Source of the DNA: Ginglymostoma cirratum
Taxonomy: Eukaryota
Assembly: GCA_024137785.1 (NCBI GenBank)
Contig: JAHRHZ010000271.1
Span: forward strand, 18,983,986-19,047,985
DNA: 64,000 nucleotides
Direction: 5' to 3'
In this document: in pieces, positions 50,428-63,070 of the stretch
Position numbering within the stretch: position 1 is the stretch's first letter
Layout of the letters: each line of letters starts with the position of its first letter
Program-made: the position numbers and the translations under genes
The notes under the pieces: generated by a model
What the model was told of the DNA's origin: nothing
Databases searched by the model: none
What the model saw: only the letters and a program-made list of their open reading frames with translations

Positions 50428-50718
50428 TAAGGTTTTGGAGTAGATTTGTAGCTTGGGTTGCGGATGTTGAGGTTGGTTGGCTTGCTGAGCTGGTTTGTTG
50501 TTGTTCTGCAGACGTTTCATTACCCTGCGGGTAACATTATCAGTGCAGCCTTTGATGAAGCACCATTGTGTTTTCCCGCCTGGATTTTTAAAAAACCAGG
50601 CGGGAAAACACACCGGGACTTCATCGGAGGCTGCACTGATGATGTTACCCAGCAGGGTAATGAAACATCTGCGGAACAACAACAAACCAGCTCAGTGAGC
50701 TAACCAACCTCAAAAGGC
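50428..50718. mobile_element. PLE-derived fold-back insertion carrying a hammerhead motif in each arm
   Basis: Arms ~50467-50589 and ~50590-50713; cores at 50511-50543 (-) and 50636-50669 (+); CATATGCTT at 50419-50427 and 50719-50727. Confidence 0.88.
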
Positions 50719-50739
50719 CATATGCTTGCTCAAATAAAT

Positions 50740-51330
50740 AAATTTAACAGAGTGGAGATTCACCAGGACATTGCCTGGACTAGAGCGTTTTGGTTATGAA
50801 GACAGACGTTATAGATCAGAATGGTTTTCCTTAGACCAGAGAAGACTGTTTTGGTAGGTGGGGTGGGGGAACCTGATTGAGGTGTACAAAACTATGCGGG
50901 GCATAGATACATAAGATGAAACATTTCCCTTTCATAAAGGAGTTAATAGCAAAGTGGCCTAGATTTAATGGAAAGAGCTGGAGGTTTAGAGGGTACTTAA
51001 GGAAAGCTTTTTACACTTAGAGAGTGGATGGCCAGAGGGTATCTGGAACTCACTCTCTGAAAGGGTGATAGAGGTGGGAATTCTCAATCATATTTACTAA
51101 GTATTTAGATGAGGACTTGAAACGCCATAGCATACAAAGATACAGGTCAAGTGCTGGAAAATGGGACTTCAGCAAGCATGTGGTCTGCTGATGTAACATA
51201 CTATCAAGTATTGTTTGACAATGCACTTGAAGTGCCTTGGAACATTTTAACAATGCTAAACTTTGATGACTGGCTTGGGCACAATGCGCTGAAGAGTCTC
51301 TTCTATGTTCTAAAACTTTATGACTCTGAA
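50740..51330 (+). mobile_element. CR1 3' fragment
   Basis: Recognisable CR1 C-terminal and 3' UTR sequence. Confidence 0.65.
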
Positions 51331-51836
51331 CGTCTTAAAGAAGAAAGACAATGCAGACACATTCAATGGAGAGAATTCCAGTCTTTTGGGCCTCGGTAAC
51401 TGAATGTTAAAAGGCAATTGCTAGTCGGGGAGGGAATAAAATTTGTAATAATTGAGGGACAAGAATTGGAGAAGTACAGAAATCTTGATGAGTTGATAAA
51501 GATTACAGAGATAAAAAGAGGCAAGAATGTGAGAGATTTGAAAACAAGAATTAACATGTCATAACTAAAGCATTGTTTAATTGGGAACTGGTAAATCAGT
51601 GAGTATAAGAAAGATGGGAGAATGAGAATTTGTACAAGCAGGTGGCAATATTTTTGAGTATCTTATGAACGGTAGAATTTGGAAGCTTATCTAGTAGTAA
51701 ACTGAGATTGTGAAGTTGAGAGGTAACAAAGGCATAGATGAGAGTTTTAACAGCAGATTAATTGCTGTAGCATGGAATTATGCAAAGTAACTGAGGTGGA
51801 AATAGGCACAGGTATGTGGTCAGAAGCTCATCTTCA

Positions 51837-52131
51837 GGCATGGTAGCTCAGTGGTTAGCACAGCACCAGGACCCAGGTTCAACTCCAGCCTCAGGCGACT
51901 GTCTGTGTGAAGTTTGCACATTATCCCTGTGTCTGTGCTGGTTTCGCTGGGTGCTCTGGTTTCCTCCCACAACCCAAAAGATGTGCAGGTTAGGTGGATC
52001 GGCCATGCTAAATTGCCCCATTGTATCATTACAGGGGATAATGGTAAGAAGCTGGGTATGGGTGGGATGATCTTTGGAGGGTTAGTGCAAATTTGATGGG
52101 TTAAATGGCCTCTTAAAACACTGAGAATTCT
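51837..52131 (+). mobile_element. HE1-like V-SINE
   Basis: TGGTAGCTCAGTGGTTAGCAC...GGTTCAACTCC, V-domain TGCTCTGGTTTCCTCCCACAACCCAAAAGATGTGCAGGTTAGG. Confidence 0.88.
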
Positions 52132-52159
52132 ATTAAAATGTGACCCTAAGATTAAGAAC

Positions 52160-52295
52160 GTAAATAAACAAAGAAATGTGGATGCCAAAAATCTAGAATG
52201 AAAACAGTGTGCTGGCAAAACACAATAGGTCTGTCAGCATATGTGGAGAAATAAGAGAGTTAACATTTAGAGTCCAGTGACCCTTCATCAGAACA
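52160..52295 (-). mobile_element. PLE-terminus short element with degenerate hammerhead
   Basis: Reverse complement CTGATGAAGGGTCACTGGACTCTAAATGTTAAC. Confidence 0.65.
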
Positions 52296-53023
52296 TTATG
52301 AATGGACTGGCTCAGCCACAGACCATCAACAGGCAAATGGATGGAGATGCTGTCTAGGGAATGGGGTTTGAGACAGGCTGCAAAGACAATAGCTTTGCAA
52401 TTCTGAATATTGTGTCAGGAAAATTTCTACACATCCCATTATGGATATCAACAAGCAATCTGATAGTTTTGGAGATGGTGGACTGATCAAGGAAAGTGAT
52501 AGTAATGTGGAGCTGAGTGTCATCAGCAAACATGTGGAAATTGATAATGTGCAGAGAAGTGTGGAGTAGGAGCAGGTAAAGAAGCCACTGCCAGTGATTC
52601 TTTGACATTTGGATTGTTAAATGTGAAACTGGGCAAGTTGTAGACAACCTAACTGAATGAAGTTGTTGACTTGCTCACCAAGCTGGCTAATAATTAGTTA
52701 ATCTAAATCTAATCTAATCTAAATTCTGTCAACCCTTGTCCTGCGCAGAACGAGCATGAGGTTGATCGGCATTGATAAAAAAGTCATGCTGCCTGAGTCA
52801 AACTGCCATCACAAGGAGAAGGGATTGGATTCCAAAACCTGTCTCATAATACAGGAAGTGTGTTGTGATGGGCCGGAGAGACATGCCTTCAGAGGAATAG
52901 AACAAACCAAAGAAAATCACATAACCTCAGTCTCAGCTAAGAACTTTTTCTCAGCTCTCGATTAAAAAAGATAGATATAAGACATTACTTCAAGTTGTAC
53001 AAAACAAATAGGACAAAGGAACA

Positions 53024-53197
53024 CAGCAGGCCAAGCAGCATCATAGGAGCAGGAAAGCTTGACGTTTCGGGCCTAGACCCTTCATCAGAAAAACGTCAAG
53101 CTTTCCTACTCCTATGATGCTGCTTGGCCTGCTTTGTTCATCCAGCCCCACACCTTGTTATCTCGGATTCTCCAGCATCTGCAGTACCTTTCATCTC
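53024..53197. mobile_element. PLE-derived fold-back insertion with 14-bp TSD and intact hammerhead (53061-53088, minus)
   Basis: AGGACAAAGGAACA at 53010-53023 and 53198-53211; inverted arms of the family body. Confidence 0.9.
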
Positions 53198-53299
53198 AGG
53201 ACAAAGGAACAATTGTTCAAACAAGTGAAAGATGACTTTAGGAATAAATGAAGCTCTTTTAGACATTGAGTGATCAACAGATGAAATAGACTTCCAGAT

Positions 53300-53835
53300 A
53301 ACACATTTCGCTTGGGAATCCTGCAGCTCAATGGTCTCACTGTGGACTTCACAAGCTTCAAAATCTCCCCACCCCCAACATCATCCCAAGACCAGCCCAG
53401 CTCATCCCCGCTTCCTTGACCTGTCTGCTCCTCCCACCTGACTGACCAACCCCCACCCTCAACTCCTTCCTACCAGCCTCATCCCTGCCTCCTTGAACTG
53501 TCCGTCTTCCCTCCCACCTAGCCGCCCCTCCCTCCCAACTGACCAACCCCCATCCTAACTCCTACATTCACCTTTACTGGCTCCATCCCCGCCTCCTTGA
53601 CCTGTCCGTCTTCTCTCCACCTATCTGCTCTTCTGTCCACCTTCCATCTTCACCTCCCCCCACTATTTATTTCAGAGTCCCCTTCCCCTGCCCCTTCCCC
53701 ATTTCTGAAGAAGGGTCGAGACCTGAAATGTCAGCTTTCCTGCTCCTCTGATGCTGCTTGGCCTGCTGTGTTCATCCAGCTCTACACTTTGTTTTCTCAG
53801 ACTCCAGCATTGGCAGTTCCTACTATCTCTCAGTA
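53300..53835 (+). mobile_element. PLE 3' end plus terminal repeat with hammerhead (53705-53732)
   Basis: Similar to the reverse complement of 36129-36610; CTGAAGAAGGGTCGAGACCTGAAATGTC. Confidence 0.85.
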
Positions 53836-54729
53836 ATTAGTTTAATTATTTTAACTTCTTACTAAACATCATCATTACTTTTTAGTCATTTATGTGTGTC
53901 CCTAGATTATCTTGTTCCTTAGCACCATTTAAACTCTCATCATCCAAGCATCATGTGGCTGAATTACTTTTTCATCTAAATGTAACACCTCACACTTATC
54001 TATACAATGAGGAAACTTGACAAGGTGGATCCTGAGAGCATATTTAGCCTTATAGGGGAGACTACAATTAGGGGACAAAGGGCTGGAATCTTATGGGGGT
54101 CTGAACAATGTTGGCTATAGTGAGGTTTGTGGCAGAATTGCATGACAGATCCGATAAGGTTGATTTTGAAGTCCACGTTTTATCTTGCATCATCTTGCTC
54201 CATATTTCAGTTGTTTTAGAAAGAGGTTGGCATATTTCTTGGTCAACAAACCCTCCAAAAAATTTAGACACAAATTGGACATTGCCAAAAATGTAAGATT
54301 CAGTCCAAGGAAAGGTTTTCCTCTCAGAGTTGTTGATCGTTAGAATTCTCTTCCACAGAAAACAGAGAAGGCTGACTCATTGAATGTATTCAAGGCCAAG
54401 TTAAATAAATTTTTGAGAAACAATGTGCTGAATCTCATGTGTTTTTATACTAGGTCTGTGTTGCACAATTTTTTTGGTGGGTTTTTGAAGGTTTTTTGAG
54501 CCCTAGTGATTTTTTTCACCATATCTTACAAAGCACTCTGCATGAATTACTTACAATGGGTTCTTTGGTGCTTCTCGTTTCTGATTCCAGCCCCACCTTA
54601 CAATGCATCATTCCAGAACAATTCACTACCTTTGGGATATCTGCCAAAAGACTGGCATCCCCTGTGCCATGCCATTGCAAAGGTTCCCTGCTTGTTGACG
54701 AACAGAATCTGAATGTGTCGAAGAAGGGA

Positions 54730-55230
54730 AAAATGGCACTACGATTCTGGAGCCACTGGTCAAGTGCGTGGTACAGAGGAGAGGAGTTCTCTTCTTGGAG
54801 GACTGGCAGAGAAGACCAGATCTTGGCAGCCTGTCAATGACCTTCTCTATTGCACCAGGGTAAGTGCCACACTCTTCTCTGCCAAACCACACTCACTCTA
54901 TTTCTGCTACTGGACCCACCTCCAACCAATGCTCATGTCCTCCTTCTCACTATTGCCTGCAATGTCTTTCCTAAATTGCGGTCACCCACCCCAACCTCCC
55001 ACAGCACTGAGCCTGTACAGCATCTGTGCTGCTCCTCACTTCCTTGGAACACCTCAACACCTTTTCACCACTGTACCAGCACAAAGAGCTGTGTCACCCA
55101 CTTTCACCTCACTCATTCCCTCCCTTTCTCTCAATACAGGAGAACACAGCCCATTACAGGGAAGACCAAAGCCACGTGGGTGAGGGGAAGACATTTGGCT
55201 TCTCAGCCCTTATGAGTAGAAAATAGAGAC
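54730..55230 (+). pseudogene. Probable PIF/Harbinger Myb/SANT-like gene remnant in two exon-like pieces
   Basis: LEPLVKCVVQRRGVLFLEDWQRRP...VNDLLYCTR|gtaagt (donor 54860), tacag|ENTAHYREDQSHVGEG...LSPYE (from 55140); frameshifted. Confidence 0.45.
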
Positions 55231-57529
55231 CTTTGCAGAAGGACCATTCCTGCAGGGATGCAGTGACATCTGTGTCCTACCAACTGAGTAAGTATCACTC
55301 TTCTTACACTGCAACTCTCACATTAACTCCATTTTCAGTCTTGATCATTGTACACCACTTCTAACATTTACCATGACATGGTTGCGAGCACACTCTACAG
55401 TGCAGGTCCATACTTCAGGAGTGCTCTGCTGCTGTTGCAGAGAGGTGCTATGATGGTCATGAGCCGTAAAGAACATTCTGAATAGTCCAATCTGAAACAT
55501 CCCAAAAAATGTCATTCTGCATTATCTCCCAATCTTAATAGATCTTTTAAAAATTCCACAATCAAAATCTGCACCTTCACCGTTCTTCCTTGAGCTAAAC
55601 CCAATTGGTGTGCTTTTTTTTTTAAGTTTACTCATGGGACGCGAGCATTGCTAGCTGACTAGCATTTATTGCCTGTCCCTAGTTGCCCTTGAGAAGGTGG
55701 CAGTGAATTGCCTTCTTGAACTGCTTCAGTCCACTGTCATTCATTGAAATCTGTGCAGTAAATTTTGAGATATATTGTTTCCAACAAACTAACAAACCAA
55801 GGCATGAAACCATTCTTCTGAATTCACCTTCAATTGTGAAGTTAATTACACATCCATTCTTCAAGTTTACTATGGCCTATTGAATTATGTAATGCCCAGG
55901 ACACATACAGAAATGGCAAATGACATGTCACAGGTGGGTAAATGAAGATGGGTAAGGAGAAGTTTCAATAAGCTGGAAACTAATGGCTTTCCTGAAAACA
56001 ATTGAAATACTCAAGGGTAATAGAAATTCTTGGAACGTGGCTTGGAGAATTTATTTGTCCTTTGCCTCGAACTTTATTGGCTATCCTGGTTACTCTGAGA
56101 AGGGGGTACTGGCAGACTTTTTACTTTTCTTTCATAGTTCTTGAAGTTCCAACCGTGAAATTTGTCATGTAATTTTAGGAAATTTGTCCAGAAATACTGA
56201 ATAAATTGTGATATGCGCTGAAAATAGGATAATCTTAACTTGGAGAGGAACAAGAATATCATGGTGTTCTTTTAATATTATATACATAGAATCAGGAGTA
56301 CAAAAACAGGATTTCTAATCAAGTGGTCTGTGCCAGTGTTTAAACTCCACATAGACATCCTTTCACTCATGTTATCTCTCCCCACACAGTCCCACATCTT
56401 TGACATATGGAAGAGGAGGCTAGATGAAAACACAAGGGAGAAAGAAATCAATGTTATTGCTTTTAATTATTCCAAACATCAGCAAGTTTCACATTCTCTC
56501 CATAATCGCAACACTTCCTCCTAAATCCTTTCTTAATCTGTTAATGGCTACCTTATACTTATGTCTATTGTTCTCAGCTCAGTCACAAATAGAAACAGTT
56601 TCTCCACTTCCATCTTAATGAACTGACGCATAATTCGGAAGATCTTTATCAGGCCTCCTCTTAAAATTCTCCTTTCCATAGATAAGAACCCCAGCCTACT
56701 CAATCTTTTCTAATCATTGCATCATTTCAATTCCAATAATATTATGCCTCCTTGGTGGAGATTACTGGGGAGGAAGAAGCTTTAAAAATCAATTTGGTGC
56801 ATTGCTGCAGTGCACTGATTGAGCAAATCTTAAATGATATTCTTGTCTGTTGTGACTCCATCCATTCAGGTCAGTAGCTAACATTTTATCACACACTTGA
56901 CTTGAACCTTCTGATTGAATCCAATGGGTTCTGGGGGTAAGACATTCACCACGGAGTAGCCAGCATCTGTTGAAATGACTGGTTCAGTGGTAACTTTAAG
57001 ATGTTGATGCTGAGTAAATTGATCAAGGTAGTCCCATTGAAGTTCATTGAATGATTTCTTGCTCATGATGTCCATTACTCAGAAAGTATGTGATATACAT
57101 GTTACATATCTCTCATAAGTGCAAAGCTGAACATTATCCAGGCCCTGCATTGGGCTCACAGGCAGTTTCATTACTCAAGGAGTTATTGAAAGGGGTTGAT
57201 TAGAGTGGAAATGGGAAATGGGACATGGGTGGGTGTTAAGTAAGATGAAGTGATGGGTTGGGATGGGAAGAATAATACTTGAGGCCAACTCGTCATCCTA
57301 CTACTGATTGATAGTTTTGGATTGAGCATTACATTGAGCAGGTGTGGGTGACTCATGCATCATAATTCCCAAGCCCATTTTTGTGGGCTATTCAATGTAA
57401 CCCCAGTCTATGATACAAATAATAAATAACAGAAAGTGAACAAGGGTATAATCTTTCTTGTTGGTTCAGATGGTGACTGACAATCGTCTTACCATCAATT
57501 CCACACTTCAAGACAAAATCTGAACCTTT

Positions 57530-58239
57530 TGTTATGGACCAGACCAGACCCCATCAAAATATTTTAAGAAGGTAGCCTAGACCATAACCTTTACTTGTTT
57601 TAAAGCAAATGTAAGGGTGCCATGTTCCAGATGCAATGCAGACAGGTCAAATTACTTGACGTTAAACAAAATACAATTTATTTAAACACTATTGTTAAAA
57701 TACAACCAAAGAATGTGAAATTTAGAATAACTTAATTCTATTGAGAAACTTAATAGGATAATAGATTGAATAACTACTCTGGTCAGCATGGATGAATTGG
57801 ACCAAAGGGTCTGTTTCCATGCTGTACAGCTCTGACTCTGTGGCTCTATAACTCTATAACTATTCCAACACAGTAACATTCCATAAACACACCTTTTGGC
57901 AAAAAGGCAAATTCAGAAAAACAGACTTTGTCTCACATGCAGCCAGCTTTTGGCTGTAATTGAGTGAGGGAAAAATAGCTTCCACTTCTTCAAGGCCACA
58001 ACAGCAACTGGTTAAAGCTAAACCTAAAAACTTTAAAAAAAAAACCCACTAGAATTCCTGGTCTGTGAGAGCTGGCCACATCCATCCTGGCTACTTCTAT
58101 TCTTCCAACTTTAAAAAAAAGCAAAGCCTCAAGCTGTTTACCCTAGTGGTTTTTTAGACTGCTCTTCACCTGTGTCCTTTAACCTCTCTTTTAAAAACAA
58201 AGGACAAAATAACCTTTTAAAGCCGCAGCACTGTCATAC
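57530..58239 (-). mobile_element. Probable solo LTR with a nested short CR1 tail (~57779-57856)
   Basis: TGTTATG...GTCATAC termini; CTTT at 57526-57529 and 58240-58243; nested piece flanked by TAACTA(C/T)T. Confidence 0.45.
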
Positions 58240-59590
58240 CTTTATTTAAATGATTGTCTCATTATGTACTTGAAGTCACCCACAATACTCTATGTATTCT
58301 ATGGAAGTATTTTGTTGCTTACAAAGCTAATGGCCTGATAATAATTAATGGCAAACTATTGATAATGTTATTCTATGGCTAGAACGAGTTATACATCATG
58401 AGTCACAAACATTTCAAATCACTGATAAATCATCTACATGGACATTATACTGACTGGAATTTGGATCTGTACTAAATCTTTAAAAAATGACTACTTTGAG
58501 AAACGTTAACAACTTTTGATATTCTTCAAGGTTCATTACATGTACTGTGTGGTGTATGATTCATTTTGTTCCCATGTTATGAATTGCCTTTACATTACAA
58601 GTTTTGGCAGCATTATTTTAGGCAGGAAAAGAAGTAATCAAAGAAAAAGTTTTATTTCTCTGAAACTTAAAAGAATCTTTAAATCTACAAAGTAAGAGAA
58701 CCGTAAATGTATTTTTTTTTGAATTTAATTGTCAATCATTAAGAAGTTAATCACCTCACAGAATTCTTTATACTATTGAATAACCTTCTGGGTTTTGTGC
58801 TATATATTTGTCTTATAAATGAAGGCGGCTTATGGATCATTTCCATTTGATACTGCAAGTGAGTGAGGCATAACACTTTAATGAAACATTTAAGAACATC
58901 AATTAACACTCTCGCTAGTTGATTACTATTTTTATTTACTGCAAACTCTGCCTTCATGTTGTTGTCAAAGTCTGAGATTAATGAGGGCATGCGGCTCAAT
59001 AATAATCTCCATGGAAATGATAGAGAAATGCTTCAAAAATACCAATTTTCGAAACCCACATTTCATTTTGCACAAAATTCATTTGAGTTTCAATTTCGAG
59101 CTATTATGATCAAGAATGGTAGGGATATTTTCCCCCTTTTGTATGTTTTGCACCAAAAGGTTTTCTGATGTTTTTAGTTTTCTCTAACTCATACTCAGAA
59201 TATATGTGGAAGACGCTTAATCCAGACTACAGGGATGTGAGGTTGGATTTCATGCTTTTTGGTGGGCTTAAGGGGGGTTGAAAAGAAGTCCATGGTCAGC
59301 TCATTCCTAGTCCGATCATTGTCTCATACTCAATCAAGTGTCAAGAATGCGAGCATTCTGTAGGTAGGCAGCTTGGCAAATCAGGGTCTGATGATAAGAG
59401 AGGGATCAGATTATGAACTTGAAGACTATTCTGTCCACCCATTTAAAGGCCTGTTGTGATCTGATTGTTAGCAACCTGAAGGGGTTATCAGCATTTGTTC
59501 ATTTGGAATTTTGTAGGAAGGCAGCAGTTAGACCTGACAGTACAGTGGTTGAGTGACAACAGAGCAGTTTTGCCCCACTTTGTTGGCTAG

Positions 59591-59763
59591 AGTAGGAGCA
59601 AATTACTGCAGATGCTGCAATCTGTACTGAAAATAAAAAAATGCTGGAAATCACAACAGGTCAGAGCTCTGATAAAGAGTTGTCTAGACTTGAAATGTTA
59701 GCTTGCTGTCTCTCCTTGGATGCTGCCTGACCCCCTGTGATGTCCAGCATTTTTGTTTTCAGT
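59591..59763. mobile_element. Older PLE-derived fold-back insertion with degenerate hammerhead
   Basis: Arms 59626-59664 and 59727-59763; CTGATAAAGAGTTGTCTAGACTTGAAATGTT at 59669-59699. Confidence 0.65.
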
Positions 59764-62700
59764 GTTGACTGGTGTACCTTAATGATGGCCCCTTAGGGAG
59801 GAAATAATGTGTGTATAAGTAAGAGACATCTCTCCCTGCCCACATCTGATAACCCTGACCCATTCACCCAAGAGCTTTTGCCAGTCAATATAGATGATTC
59901 TAAAGTCTGGACAACCAAGTGGTTTACAACAATTTCCTTCGAGGTTCTAACATCAGAGGACAGCAAAAGGAAACCTTCCACCTGATGAAACAAGCCTGGA
60001 TGGTCAGCAGATGAAATTAACTGAAATTGCCTAATAAGTCATTCAGCAGTATCAAACTCTCACAGGTTTAAAAAAAAAACACCATGCATGTACACATTAA
60101 TACATCAATTACAATACCTCAAGGCGGTGTTTACCACCACTGTTTTGAGGGCATGCAGGAATAGATAATAAATGTCAGTGATTCCACAGGATACAAATGA
60201 ATAAAAGAGATATGTATGGCATGTAATGTCACTTGTAGTCCCACTGTCAAGTACTAATCGTTACAGCAGAAAATACAAACGCTCAAAGTCAGACATCTAC
60301 GTGCCATGAGTCAAGATTTCAGTTTGATGACCTTTCCAGGTTTTTTTTTAAAAAACAGTCGAGCAGCTTAGTGAGCAGGTGGAAGGCTCAATAAAACAAA
60401 TGGTGTATGACTAAGAGGAGGACACTGGATGATTAAATGGCAGAACTGATAGTTTGACAAAGTGAGGCAATAATGAGAAAAGTTAAAGATGTATTCAAAA
60501 CCCAGAGGACAAGCATTCTCATCAACACCTGAGAGATCAAAATAGGATAAAATCGCTTTGTTCAACACCTCTGTTCCATTTATAACTCAGGCCCAAGTTT
60601 TCAGTTATGTGCTGCTTTGATTCTCTGTCCTATCTCCTCTCTGACCTCTCTGTTCTTGCCTTCTCCATTATTCCATTAAGAGTCAATGCAAGTTCAAGCA
60701 ACAACAGCTCATCTTTTCACTAGCATCTAGCCTTAACTACTTCAGAACTTAACTACAAGTCCCTTTTTTTTTCTTGGATAGTAGGTTCTGGTGATGCCTA
60801 AAATATTCACCAGCAATTCTAGGAAATGGTAGGCGGTTGCTGTTTGTGGATAGAGCTATATGTGTGGTGGGCTAGTCTGCACCCCTGCTGTCACTTGCCT
60901 TTTCTTCTTGTTCTTTCTGATCACTTTGTTAGATTTTCCACACTTCCTTCGTCCTCTGCCGCTCTACTAAGATCAGTTGTATTTCCTCATTGAGTAACCA
61001 CTTTAACTTCTCTTGTTATTGGTGCAACACTCCAGAGATCAGAACCTGCATGCTATTGGGCCAATGGCTGACATTTCCTGAATGCCCATTTAGCACTGTC
61101 AGGGTCCACGGCTGCTGTTGCCTCTTCAATTTACCGGTGACCTTAAAATCATCTCCATGCAAGTCTTCATCCTAACTGTAACTTTTCCCTGTTGTTGGTT
61201 AGAGACAAAATGAAGTTGTAATGGAAATGCCAAAATGGTGAGAAATTACCATTTTCCTTGTTATTTTTCTCTAGTGCTTCTCGTCTGTTGTTACATGACA
61301 AAAAGAAGAAACATGAGAGGAGCATGTGGCCCCAAAATTTCAGCTCAGAGCTTCACTTGAGGTCCTAACTTCCATTTTGGTTTGTGTCTTCCATTTGGTG
61401 TGTGTAGTGGGTCTTTCATTTCTCCTTTGCCTATAAGTGTGTGGGCCAAATACTTTCCCAGGAGTAACAAAGCCATGATCTCTTATGGAATTAGAACAGA
61501 AATTTCGGAATTTCCCCTATAACCTACTTCTGCATTGAGGATGTTAATCTCCCACAAGAGTTTTGCAAATATTATGAATTCTATGTAATTGGTTAATAAT
61601 TGCATTTTACACCACAGTATCAGTGTTGGGACCAGTTAGCAGCTAAAAGTATGACTTTGCTGTAGTCATACTGTTGAGTTTGTTGCAGTGCCCACATGAT
61701 GGAGCTGTTAACTGCTTTTTCTTTTGTGTGAATGTAATTACTGCTGGATAAATTCCCCTGCCAACTGCACATACACTGAACATTAATACAGATCAGCACA
61801 TAAGATTTCCACAAGGGCTTTGCTAAAGCATAATGACATTTAGCTTTTTCTCACAGTAATTGTGGTGCCTGCGTGGAACATAAATGTATCAGAAACATTT
61901 TTGTGAAGGATTCTGATAGTCATTAGTAATGAACCATTAGAACATTAGCAACCAGAAGAATAGCCTGCTCAACCCCTCGAGCTGGCTCTGCCATTTAATT
62001 AAATCATGACTGAAATTCATCTCTACCCACCTTTGTTCCATGTCCCTTGATGCCCTTGCCTAACAAAATATATATCTCTCTCAAGTCTTAAAAGTTCCAA
62101 ATCATTTCCACCATATTCTGGGGTAGAAAGTTCCAGAAGTCTACCTTCCTTTGTGGAGAAATGATGCATTCTGATTTTCCTCCTGATGGCCATGTATCAC
62201 AGTTACTATGCAATATACCTCTAAAAATATGCTCATTATATCATCACAGTAATATTGCATATGAATCAATGGTTGAAAGGCCTCAGTTTCACTCTTACTG
62301 GGGCCATTTGCCTATTAAGACAAAATTCAGGTACAAAGTAAGAGGTCCATCATTGCATCTCTGGCAGATCATCAGACCCTTTACATACTCTGTTCTTCAA
62401 GGCTGAAAACATCCTTGCAAAATCCAAACAATTTAAACAACTAGACTCTTTCCCTCTGCTTGTCTCTGACCATTTTTCCTGTAATGAATTTTTATTTAAC
62501 ATTTGAGTAAGTCTTTATTAAGTAATCTGAATATTTTTTAAAAAAAAAGTCAAAATACATCATACTCGTTTACAATGCATGTAACAAATAAAATATAGTT
62601 TGCCAAGTATTTTGAAAACTATTAAAATTCTTAAAAAATTACTCCATATTAGGAACCCTATGCTGAAACAAGTGATGGGCCCATTAAGAACATTGCATCT

Positions 62701-62974
62701 GGCAAATAACTGCATTCAGTTACAAATTGATCGCCCAACTGATCAAGTTGATGTTTAAATTTTGAACGTGTAGAACTTGGTGGATGAATATTGAAGCATG
62801 TCAGTTTCAGTTTTGCAAGTTTGACGAATGTAAGTGTTATTCTAGACCCTTTGGATATGGTGATTGATTGGTGATGAATGAATCCTGTGGCAAATGTGAA
62901 CAGTTATAATGTTCCACCTTTAAAGTTGTTGTAGCCCATGCACTACTGCATCCATTTCAAGGACCAGTCAGGAT

Positions 62975-63070
62975 CGAAGAAGAGTCTAGGCCCGAAACGT
63001 CAGCCTTCCTGCTCCTCTGATGCTGCTTGGCCTGCTGTGTTCATCCAGCTCTACACTTTGTTATCTCAGG
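62975..63070 (+). mobile_element. PLE-terminus short element, 5'-clipped hammerhead
   Basis: GAAGAAGAGTCTAGGCCCGAAACGTCAGCCTTCCTGCTCCTCTGATGCTGCTTGGCC; TCAGGAT on both sides. Confidence 0.8.

Larger units (their letters stand above)
51335..52560 (-). mobile_element. L2-like LINE fragment, interrupted by a SINE and a PLE-terminus element
   Basis: FHMFADDTQLHITI (52354-52647 ORF), ILVFKSL...GPKDWNSL (51363-51557 ORF). Confidence 0.7.

Noticed and set aside
50353-50703. Mirror-image ORFs on both strands
   Set aside because: A by-product of the palindrome; no coding signature.
51837-51895. tRNA gene (also ~4160-4220 and ~45170-45258)
   Set aside because: A/B boxes belong to SINE heads; no complete cloverleaf or Pol III terminator.
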